Below the pieces are notes generated by a model. It was not told the DNA's origin, did no database searches, and saw only the letters and a list, made by a program, of their open reading frames with translations. A program made the position numbers and the translations under genes. A stretch of DNA of 36,786 nt, taken from the NCBI GenBank assembly GCA_964516025.1, contig CAZEWV010000001.1:3669-40454 (forward strand), given 5' to 3'. Shown one piece after another: positions 18,113-25,122 of the stretch. This DNA comes from an uncultured Eubacteriales bacterium (GTDB lineage: Bacteria > Acidobacteriota > Aminicenantia > Aminicenantales > Aminicenantaceae). Numbering within the stretch: the first letter of the stretch is position 1; every line of letters starts with the position of its first letter.

Positions 18113-18475
18113 ATGCAGAACTCAGAGATTCAGGCCCCAGGCAAAGAGAATGAAAAAGAAAACGTTATTGAAAAAGAGGTTGGTACCGGCCCACATCCGG
18201 TTACAGAGAAATTTAATGACCTCTGTGTGAGCTGCAACCACTTGTCTCTCTGTCAATCCAAGAAAAACACAGTACGTCCTGTGTATTTCTGTGAAGAGTT
18301 TGATGATTACATCCCCCCCTTATCCAAAATTGTTCAACAGGAAAAGAAAACGACGGCCTACAAAGACAGGATCGACAACCCGAATCTGGGTTTGTGTATG
18401 AATTGTGCGCACCGTGATGACTGTGGATACTCCAAATCTGAAGGAGGTATATGGCACTGCGAGGAATACGCTTGA
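18113..18475 (+). CDS. Small cysteine-rich protein with tandem CxxCx5Cx11-12CEE[FY] modules (function unknown)
   Basis: The ORF track starts at GTG 18086. I prefer ATG 18113 (GAGGAGG 5 nt upstream, downstream of the predicted sigma54 start site). The 120-aa protein has module 1 LCVSCNHLSLCQSKKNTVRPVYFCEEF and module 2 LCMNCAHRDDCGYSKSEGGIWHCEEY. Confidence 0.75.
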   Translation: MQNSEIQAPGKENEKENVIEKEVGTGPHPVTEKFNDLCVSCNHLSLCQSKKNTVRPVYFCEEFDDYIPPLSKIVQQEKKTTAYKDRIDNPNLGLCMNCAHRDDCGYSKSEGGIWHCEEYA

Positions 18476-18525
18476 CTCAATGTGCAAGGCTAGTTTTGAG
18501 TTGTAAATATAAGAGAGAGGAGTAA

Positions 18526-19374
18526 ATGGAAGTGGAAACTGTTTATAAGATAATTGAGAAACAGGAAGGGGATGAGGGAGGACTCATTTCTATTCTGGAG
18601 GAGATCCAGAATCAATATAGCTATCTCAGCGAGGATGCATTGAGAATCGTCGCGGAAAAAACGGGTTCTTCTCTCGTCGATATCTACGGAATTGCCACGT
18701 TTTACAGATCTTTCAGTTTAAAGCCAAGAGGGAAACATCTGGTATCCGTGTGCCTCGGAACTGCCTGTCATGTCCGAGGAGGTCCGAATGTAGCTAAAGC
18801 GTTCGAACGTATCCTTGGAATAAAAGCAGGAGGAATGACCAAGGATAAGGAGTTTACTCTGGAGACTGTTGCATGCCTTGGGGCATGTGCCTTAGGCCCA
18901 ATTGTCGTCGTCGACGGGCACTATTTCTCCAAGGTCAGAATCTCTGATGTTGATAAAATCTTGAAAAGAGCCAAAAAAGGACTAGATCAGGAGAGAACCG
19001 ATGCCGATTCTCACCTTTTTCCGCTCGAAGTCAGTTGCCCACACTGCAATCATAGTTTAATGGATCACGGCTATTATATAGATGGGCATGCATCGATCCG
19101 TGTAACCGTGTCCTTTGGTCAAAAACATGGCTGGCTTCGAATGTCATCCCTTTTCGGGAGTTACGCGGTTGATTCGGAATATGAAATTCCAATGAAAACA
19201 GTTGTGAATTTCTTCTGTCCTCACTGCCATGCGGAATTAAATTCGGCGTCCAATTGTGTCAAGTGTGAGGCATCCATGGTACCGATGATAGTCCGAAGCG
19301 GAGGTATGCTTCAAATTTGCTCCCGCCGTGGTTGCAGGAACCATATGCTCGATCTCAACGGAGTCAACTTCTAA
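18526..19374 (+). CDS. NuoE/HydC-like thioredoxin-fold [2Fe-2S] subunit with C-terminal four-CxxC zinc-ribbon-like extension
   Basis: 282 aa. The N-terminal 150 aa or so carry the NuoE cluster motifs ..SVCLGTACHVRGG.. and ..VACLGACALGPIVVVDG... The C-terminal 120 aa or so carry CPHCNH, CPHCHAEL, CVKCEA and CSRRGC. GGAG SD lies upstream. Confidence 0.85.
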   Translation: MEVETVYKIIEKQEGDEGGLISILEEIQNQYSYLSEDALRIVAEKTGSSLVDIYGIATFYRSFSLKPRGKHLVSVCLGTACHVRGGPNVAKAFERILGIKAGGMTKDKEFTLETVACLGACALGPIVVVDGHYFSKVRISDVDKILKRAKKGLDQERTDADSHLFPLEVSCPHCNHSLMDHGYYIDGHASIRVTVSFGQKHGWLRMSSLFGSYAVDSEYEIPMKTVVNFFCPHCHAELNSASNCVKCEASMVPMIVRSGGMLQICSRRGCRNHMLDLNGVNF

Positions 19375-19427
19375 ATTTAATTCTCCAGACAACGAAAAAT
19401 TTTATGAAATAAGATGAGGGTAAGTAT

Positions 19428-21278
19428 ATGGAAAAAATCGACACAATAGAAGATTTCAAGACTTTTAAAAGCCTTCTGACCGCGGATCGAGAGCCTGATA
19501 TGCCCACTCTAGTTATCCCTGCCGGGACTTGCGGCCAAGCAAGCGGAGCAAACGAACTTATTCGCATAGCAAAGAGGGAAATCTTGATGAAAGGGTTGGT
19601 AGACAAACTTAACCTCCGTATAACTGGATGTCATGGATTCTGTGAAATGGAGCCCTCAGTACTCGTTGTTCCCCACCGTACATTCTATCCGAAAATCACT
19701 CCTGCAAACATGGTGAAAATCGTCAGTGCAGTAAGTACCGGAAATGTTTTAGAAGATCTGTTATACAGAGACAAAGAATCGACAACAGTGGTGGAAAAGC
19801 AAGAAGATATTCCATTTTTTAAAAATCAGAAACGTGTTCTGCTTGCGAGGAATGAGCAGGTCGATCCGATCCGGATTTTCAACTACATAGAGAGCGGAGG
19901 ATATTCTTCCCTGGCCAAAGTCCTAGAGAAAAAAAGCTCAAAGTGGGTGGTTGATGAAGTGAAAAAATCCGACCTTCGAGGAAGAGGAGGGGCCGGCTTT
20001 TCGACAGGATTGAAGTGGGCGCTCCTTGCAAACCAGACCAATGGCTCAGGAAGTTATTTGGTCTGTAATGCTGATGAGGGGGATCCCGGCGCATATATGG
20101 ATCGGTGTTTGCTTGAAGGGAATCCACACTCCATTATCGAAGGAATGCTTATCGGTGCCTTCGGTACCGGAGCAACAGAAGGAGTGATGTATGTCCGGAA
20201 CGAGTATCCGTTAGCAATCAAACATTTCATTATAGCTCTCCGCCAGGCAAAAGAAATAGGCTTGTTGGGAGAGAATATTCTTGGTACAAGCTTTTCCTTT
20301 AATCTGAGATTGGTCAGGGGAGCGGGTGCATTTGTATGTGGAGAGGAAACCGCTCTCATGCGCTCTATTGAGGGAAACATAGGAGAACCTCGGCAGAGGC
20401 CTCCCTATCCCGTCCAGAGGGGAATCCGGAACAAGCCGACTGCTATCAATAATGTTGAAACTTGGGCTAATATTCCGGTGATCTTCGAAACTGGTGCAAA
20501 AGAATATGCTAAAACAGGAACAAAGAACAATTCTGGAACCAAGATCTTCAGTCTGGTTGGGAAAATCAAGAACACAGGTCTTGTTGAGGTTCCTATGGGG
20601 ATCTCTCTTAAAAGGATTATTGAGGATATCGGTGAAGGAGCTTCGGGCAAAGTAAAAATTAAAGCTGTCCAGACAGGGGGTCCGTCCGGCGGTTGTATTC
20701 CCGCAGATAAATTCAATGTGGCTATAGATTATGATTCTTTGTCCAAAGCCCGATCTATCATGGGATCCGGCGGCATGATCGCAATGGACGAACACACCTG
20801 TATGGTGGATGTCGCAAAATACTTCATGGAATTTCTTAAGGATGAATCCTGTGGAAAATGCTTCAGTTGCAGGAAAGGAACACAACGGATGTATGAGATT
20901 CTTGAGGACATCTCTAGCGGGAAAGGAACATTAGAAGAACTCGATTTACTCGAAGAACTTGCTCTTGTCGTTAAAGACACTACGATGTGCGGTTTGGGTC
21001 AGACAGCACCTAATCCAGTGCTGTCGACTCTTCTCTATTTCAGAGAGGAATTCCTGGAACACATCAAATACATGCGCTGTCCTGCCGGTGTCTGTAAGGA
21101 GCTAATCACGTTTTCCATTAACGAGTTATGTACAGGATGTGGGATCTGTAAGCGCGCCTGTCCTGAAAATGCAATAAGTGGTGAGAAAAAAATGCTGCAC
21201 ATGATCGACGCTGAAAAATGCATCAAATGTGACGCTTGTCGTTCTATCTGTAAATTTGATGCCGTTCAGATTGATTAG
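19428..21278 (+). CDS. NuoF/HydB-like FMN- and NAD(H)-binding subunit with N-terminal 2Fe-2S domain and C-terminal 2x[4Fe-4S] ferredoxin domain
   Basis: 616 aa. Motifs: GRGGAGFSTGLKW (FMN), CNADEGDPGA (NADH), ESCGKCFSCRKGT...MCGLGQTAPNP (N3-type 4Fe-4S). The N-terminal block is ..PAGTCGQASG..ITGCHGFCEMEP... The C-terminal blocks are CTGCGICKRACP and CIKCDACRSICK. Confidence 0.9.
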   Translation: MEKIDTIEDFKTFKSLLTADREPDMPTLVIPAGTCGQASGANELIRIAKREILMKGLVDKLNLRITGCHGFCEMEPSVLVVPHRTFYPKITPANMVKIVSAVSTGNVLEDLLYRDKESTTVVEKQEDIPFFKNQKRVLLARNEQVDPIRIFNYIESGGYSSLAKVLEKKSSKWVVDEVKKSDLRGRGGAGFSTGLKWALLANQTNGSGSYLVCNADEGDPGAYMDRCLLEGNPHSIIEGMLIGAFGTGATEGVMYVRNEYPLAIKHFIIALRQAKEIGLLGENILGTSFSFNLRLVRGAGAFVCGEETALMRSIEGNIGEPRQRPPYPVQRGIRNKPTAINNVETWANIPVIFETGAKEYAKTGTKNNSGTKIFSLVGKIKNTGLVEVPMGISLKRIIEDIGEGASGKVKIKAVQTGGPSGGCIPADKFNVAIDYDSLSKARSIMGSGGMIAMDEHTCMVDVAKYFMEFLKDESCGKCFSCRKGTQRMYEILEDISSGKGTLEELDLLEELALVVKDTTMCGLGQTAPNPVLSTLLYFREEFLEHIKYMRCPAGVCKELITFSINELCTGCGICKRACPENAISGEKKMLHMIDAEKCIKCDACRSICKFDAVQID

Positions 21279-21306
21279 AAGATGATGAAACAAGAGGAGA
21301 AATGGA

Positions 21307-22002
21307 ATGGTTACTTTAAACATTAACGGATTAGATGTGACCGTCGAAAAGAGCATGACTCTATTGGAAGCCGCTCAATTCCTAGGTTTTCCAATTCCAA
21401 CATTATGTCATATGGAAGGCCTTTCCCCATACGGAGCATGCAGGCTCTGTGTGGTAGAAATCGGAGAGGGGAAGAAATCAAAGTTAGTTTCTTCTTGCAC
21501 TTACCCGGTGGAAGAAGGGATTAAAGTCAGGACTACCTCAGAAAGGGTAGCTCGAGCTCGGAAAATGATAATCGAGCTCCTGCTGGCTTCCTGTCCTCAA
21601 TCCAAGCTAATTCAAGACCTAGCTTCTGCTCACAATGTCCAGAAACAGCGTTTCAAACAGGAATTCGAAGATTGCATACTCTGTGGACTCTGTGTCCGGA
21701 TGTGTGAAGAGCAGATGATGGCAAAAGCCATCGGTTTTCGCGGGAGAGGGGAAAACCGCACCATAGGGACTCCCTTTGACATCCGGTCCGAAGAATGCAG
21801 GACTTGTGGTGGATGTCAGTATGTCTGTCCAGCCTGTCAGCTCCGCTGCACGTTCACAGAGCCTGACAAGGCGATATGCGGAGCGTGTGGAAATCTAAGC
21901 CCAACTTGTCTGGAAAAAGATGATTTCAACGATATGATGTGCTACATGGAGCCCTGTGTAGCCTGTGAGATTAAAAATAAAGATGAAAAAAGGAGTATTT
22001 AA
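21307..22002 (+). CDS. Fe-S subunit resembling only the N-terminal part of NuoG/HydA ([2Fe-2S] plus two Cys4 cluster motifs)
   Basis: 231 aa. MVTLNINGLDVTV...LCHMEGLSPYGACRLCVVEI is a plant-type 2Fe-2S N-terminus as in NuoG. This is followed by CILCGLCVRMC and CRTCGGCQYVCP. No catalytic domain is attached. Confidence 0.8.
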   Translation: MVTLNINGLDVTVEKSMTLLEAAQFLGFPIPTLCHMEGLSPYGACRLCVVEIGEGKKSKLVSSCTYPVEEGIKVRTTSERVARARKMIIELLLASCPQSKLIQDLASAHNVQKQRFKQEFEDCILCGLCVRMCEEQMMAKAIGFRGRGENRTIGTPFDIRSEECRTCGGCQYVCPACQLRCTFTEPDKAICGACGNLSPTCLEKDDFNDMMCYMEPCVACEIKNKDEKRSI

Positions 22003-22004
22003 CC

Positions 22005-23621
22005 ATGACACTTTCCAAAATAAACGCAACAGCAGCAACATTAACAAAAAATCGGACTGAAGGATCCGTCGTTCCAGCATCAGGGATGTGCGTAACTTGT
22101 GTTGATGGATGTATTGGAATGTGCGAAATTGGGAAGTCCGCCTACCGCGGTCATGAAGTGATCTATCCACAACCTTTCGGAGTTATAACAACGGCTTCAG
22201 AAAAGAATTACCCTGTCGATTATTCCCATTTAAACATCATGGGCACAGCAACAGGGACCTTTGGAATTGAGGAAGATAGCGACAAAGCAATTTTTCCTGC
22301 CGTAAAACTCGAAGTTGCCTTTGGGCATGATAAAAAACTTCGTTTCAAGTACCCATGGATCATTCCTGGAATCGGTTCTACCGATATTGCAAAAAACAAT
22401 TGGGAGGGATTGGCGATCGGATCCGCATTGGCCGGGACGGGACTGACAATCGGAGAAAATGTTGTCGGGATGGATTCCGAAGCCGTCATAAAGAACGGAC
22501 GCGTGACGGACACGAAGGATCTCAAACGACGTGTTGATCTCTTTAAAAACCATCAGAGGAATGGATATGGAGCGATAATTGTCCAGGCCAATATCGAAGA
22601 TACACGGCTCAAAGTGCAGGAATACGCCATTGAAAAACTAGGGGTTACATGTGTGGAATTGAAGTGGGGACAGGGCGCTAAAAACATCGGAGGAGAGGTC
22701 AAAATCAGAGATATCAAACGGGCCCAAATGCTGCACAAGAGAGGATACGTTGTTCTCCCAAATCCAACTGATCCGCTTGTGATAAAAGCCTATGAGAGAG
22801 GAGCATTCAAGGAGTTTGAAAGACATTCGAGAGTGGGGATGGTGAATGAAGAATCTTTTGCAAAGAGAGTCGAAGAACTTCGTGCTGCAGGAGCAAAGCA
22901 CATCTTCTTAAAGACAGGGGCCTATAGGCCTCTGGACCTTGCCCGGGCAGTCTATTATTCCTCAAAATATCATATCGATCTTTTAACTGTCGATGGAGCG
23001 GGAGGTGGAACCGGCATGAGTCCTTGGAGAATGATGAATGAATGGGGAATCCCTCCGGTTGAACTTCACACTCTATTGTACAGATATGCCAAACAGCTTG
23101 CAGAAAGAGGAGCATACATTCCCGCATTAGCCGTCGCTGGGGGGTTCACATTCGAAGATCAGATCTTCAAGGGCCTTGCCTTGGGTGCCCCTTTCGTGAA
23201 GTTGGTCGGGATGGCAAGAGGCCCGATTGCCGCCGCCATGGTAGGAAAAACCATAGGAAGAACGATTAATGAAAATCAAGTTCCAATCTATGTCGAACGG
23301 TTTGGGAGGACAAGAGATGAGATTTTTGTCACGTCCAGTGATTTACGCAAAGAACTGGGAGATAAGGAATTCGATAAGACACCAACGGGTGCACTGGGAT
23401 TGTATACTTATTATGAGAGACTTGGGCAAGGCCTACGACAGCTGATGGCCGGCTGCCGCAAATTTGCCTTAAAACACATTTCAAGAGACGATCTGGCCGC
23501 GCTGACAAAAGATGTTTCTGATATCAGTGGTATTCCCCATGTAATGGATGTTGACAAGAAAGCTGTCGAGAACTTAATGAACGAGGACTTGATCCAATCA
23601 GAAGTCACAATGGTCCAGTGA
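22005..23621 (+). CDS. Glutamate-synthase FMN-domain-family (GltB domain 2-like) oxidoreductase with N-terminal CxxCxxxCxxxC motif
   Basis: 538 aa. It starts 2 nt after the preceding stop, with AAGGAG upstream. TIM-barrel FMN blocks are ..LTVDGAGGGTGMSPW.. and ..ALAVAGGFTFEDQIFKGLALGAPFV... The N-terminal block is ..GMCVTCVDGCIGMCEIGKS... No amidotransferase or GXGXG domain is present. Confidence 0.8.
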   Translation: MTLSKINATAATLTKNRTEGSVVPASGMCVTCVDGCIGMCEIGKSAYRGHEVIYPQPFGVITTASEKNYPVDYSHLNIMGTATGTFGIEEDSDKAIFPAVKLEVAFGHDKKLRFKYPWIIPGIGSTDIAKNNWEGLAIGSALAGTGLTIGENVVGMDSEAVIKNGRVTDTKDLKRRVDLFKNHQRNGYGAIIVQANIEDTRLKVQEYAIEKLGVTCVELKWGQGAKNIGGEVKIRDIKRAQMLHKRGYVVLPNPTDPLVIKAYERGAFKEFERHSRVGMVNEESFAKRVEELRAAGAKHIFLKTGAYRPLDLARAVYYSSKYHIDLLTVDGAGGGTGMSPWRMMNEWGIPPVELHTLLYRYAKQLAERGAYIPALAVAGGFTFEDQIFKGLALGAPFVKLVGMARGPIAAAMVGKTIGRTINENQVPIYVERFGRTRDEIFVTSSDLRKELGDKEFDKTPTGALGLYTYYERLGQGLRQLMAGCRKFALKHISRDDLAALTKDVSDISGIPHVMDVDKKAVENLMNEDLIQSEVTMVQ

Positions 23622-23795
23622 ATGAATAAAAGAGGAGGGGCTCATCTAAATCCGAGCATGAAGCCGATTAATCAACAGACATATGATTACTTCATTATTA
23701 GTGAAATGTTTGGATGTTAACTGAAAGGAGGGCCCCTCTTCATCATCCGGCTGACTCCCCATACCAAAACCAGAGGAAAACAGGATTTTCAGAGT

Positions 23796-23853
23796 GCCGA
23801 GGGCCGGACTCGAACCGGCACGTAGGATCACCTACGAGGGATTTTTAAATCCC
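23796..23853 (-). pseudogene. 3' fragment of a tRNA-Leu(TAA)-like gene with one extra base in the anticodon loop
   Basis: Reverse complement is GGGATTTAAAAATCCCTCGTAGGTGATCCTACGTGCCGGTTCGAGTCCGGCCCTCGGCA. It has a long variable arm, a perfect T-arm GCCGG/TTCGAGT/CCGGC and the acceptor 3' strand. The anticodon loop is TTTAAAAA (8 nt). Upstream sequence has no D-arm or GCCGAGG acceptor 5' strand. Confidence 0.6.
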
Positions 23854-23897
23854 ATGAGTCCTTCAATGACATTTAAAGTGCTCAATCTGTCTTGTTC

Positions 23898-24803
23898 TTA
23901 ATCATAAAGATTATCGCCTGGGCTGAATTTACTGTGCTGCGATTGGATGTCCTTGAATGTGATATTCACATAATTCCTGACCATATCAAGAGTTTTGTGT
24001 CCAAGGATTTTCTGAAGGCTAAATATATCCCCGCCGTTCATCAGCCAATTCTTTGCAAATGTATGGCGGAAGGTATGAGCTGAGAGCCTTACGTTTTCTA
24101 TTTTAGCTTTAATCCCGATTCTTTCAATTGTTTTGTTCGTCATTCTAATTGTTAAAGGATCTCCGAATTTAGTAAGAAAAAGCACGCCTTCTTTCCCAAA
24201 CAACTTGTTTCTTCTATTCAAATATTTTACTAAACCAATGAGCGACCGATCTCCAAAAGGCACTACTCTCCCCTTTCCACCCTTTCCTCTAACTGTCAGG
24301 ATCTTCTCATCAAGCTGAATATTCTCAATCTTGAGTCCCAATAATTCTGAGATCCTGCAACCCGTATCATAAAGCAGAGTGATTAATGTATGGTTTCTGA
24401 TTCCTGGGAAATCCATCTGATGTTTTGTGACTTCAAGCATTGACATGATCTGGCTAGTGGAAAAAGTAGGAATAACAGCTTGGTCAGTCTTTACCCTTGA
24501 AATTTTCCTCGAAGGATTTTCTATGATCACATCCTCTTCTAACATAAACTTGAAGAGAATCTTCAGCACTTTAATGTGATGGTTAACTCCTCCAGGTGAG
24601 TAATTTTCCTTTATCCCTGAAACGTACTCCCTCAAAATAGTATGGTCGATCTGCTCGAGAGAGACATCAGGATATTGTGACTCCATAAACTCAAGGAATT
24701 TGCTGAGATGCTGGCTGTAGAAAGTGATTGTATTGGGGCTTAGATTCCTTAGCCTCCTGGTTGAGATAAAGGCAGACACCATCCCTCTTAAAGTTGTGGT
24801 CAT
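23898..24803 (-). CDS. Tyrosine site-specific recombinase (XerC/XerD-like phage integrase family)
   Basis: 301 aa. It has an N-terminal SAM-like core-binding domain (..TITFYSQHLSKFLEFM..). Catalytic residues sit in the usual blocks: ..DTGCRISELLGL.. (R), ..AHTFRHTFA.. (H-x-x-R), ..ILGHKTL.. (H), ..VRNYVNI.. (Y). AAGGAGG SD lies upstream. It sits immediately downstream of a tRNA-fMet-derived repeat. Confidence 0.9.
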   Translation of the reverse strand: MTTTLRGMVSAFISTRRLRNLSPNTITFYSQHLSKFLEFMESQYPDVSLEQIDHTILREYVSGIKENYSPGGVNHHIKVLKILFKFMLEEDVIIENPSRKISRVKTDQAVIPTFSTSQIMSMLEVTKHQMDFPGIRNHTLITLLYDTGCRISELLGLKIENIQLDEKILTVRGKGGKGRVVPFGDRSLIGLVKYLNRRNKLFGKEGVLFLTKFGDPLTIRMTNKTIERIGIKAKIENVRLSAHTFRHTFAKNWLMNGGDIFSLQKILGHKTLDMVRNYVNITFKDIQSQHSKFSPGDNLYD

Positions 24804-24885
24804 AAATACCTCCTTATGGGGGGCTAAAGAACGGGTTATGGGCCCTTTGGAGGTGAGAATTTACGTAAGTGGTTGATAAATAAGA

Positions 24886-24962
24886 TGGTAGCGGGGGTTG
24901 AATTTGAACCAACGACCTCCGGGTTATGAGCCCGACGAGCTGCCAACCTGTCCTCCCCTATT
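24886..24962 (-). pseudogene. Pseudo-tRNA-fMet: near-identical 3' 56 nt (att-type direct repeat, middle copy) joined to a strongly diverged 5' part
   Basis: 24886-24941 matches 36297-36352 with a single mismatch. 24942-24962 (reverse complement TAGGGGAGGACAGGTTGGC..) is only loosely alignable to GCGGGGTAGAGCAGTCTGGTA. It can no longer pair with the acceptor 3' strand. Confidence 0.75.
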
Positions 24963-24987
24963 CCTGGGGTAGAGAGCAGTCGAAACG

Positions 24988-25044
24988 TTAGCACCGTTAG
25001 TCAGAATTAGGCATTATTAGGCACAATTTGGCCCGTATTTGGCC
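24988..25044 (+). repeat. Phased site array: TTAGCA, TTAGTC, TTAGGC, TTAGGC, TTGGCC, TTGGCC at 9-11 bp spacing
   Basis: Sites start at 24988, 24997, 25007, 25017, 25028 and 25039. The reverse complement of 36185-36243 shows the same order of sites. Confidence 0.65.
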
Positions 25045-25068
25045 CACAGGGATAGGTATATATATTGT

Positions 25069-25097
25069 TTGACACTCATTCCTCAAATATTTAAGCT
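25069..25097 (+). promoter_or_regulatory. Sigma70-type promoter candidate for the Ser/Thr kinase gene
   Basis: TTGACA (25069-25074), 17-nt spacer, TAAGCT (25092-25097). The extended -35 context GTTTGACACTC is shared with the candidate promoter at 32736. Confidence 0.4.
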
Positions 25098-25122
25098 ATT
25101 ACCATCCAGTATGGAGGAAAAG

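Noticed and set aside
20211-20885. A 224-aa minus-strand ORF, plus many other 60-170-aa ORFs nested antisense or out of frame inside large genes (for example 467..832, 2317..2736, 8962..9459, 15175..15537, 22807..23127, 31316..31708).
   Set aside because: These are shadow ORFs inside genes whose own frames carry strong family motifs. They have no SD sites and no recognisable motifs.
23796-23853. The 8-nt anticodon-loop tRNA-Leu as a functional frameshift-suppressor tRNA.
   Set aside because: There is no D-arm and no 5' acceptor strand upstream, so no cloverleaf can form. It is a gene fragment.
24988-25044. The possibility that the short periodic repeats are a CRISPR array.
   Set aside because: The repeat units are 6-7 nt at about 10-bp spacing with no spacers of 25-40 nt. 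There are no cas genes. The geometry fits protein-binding arm sites rather than CRISPR.
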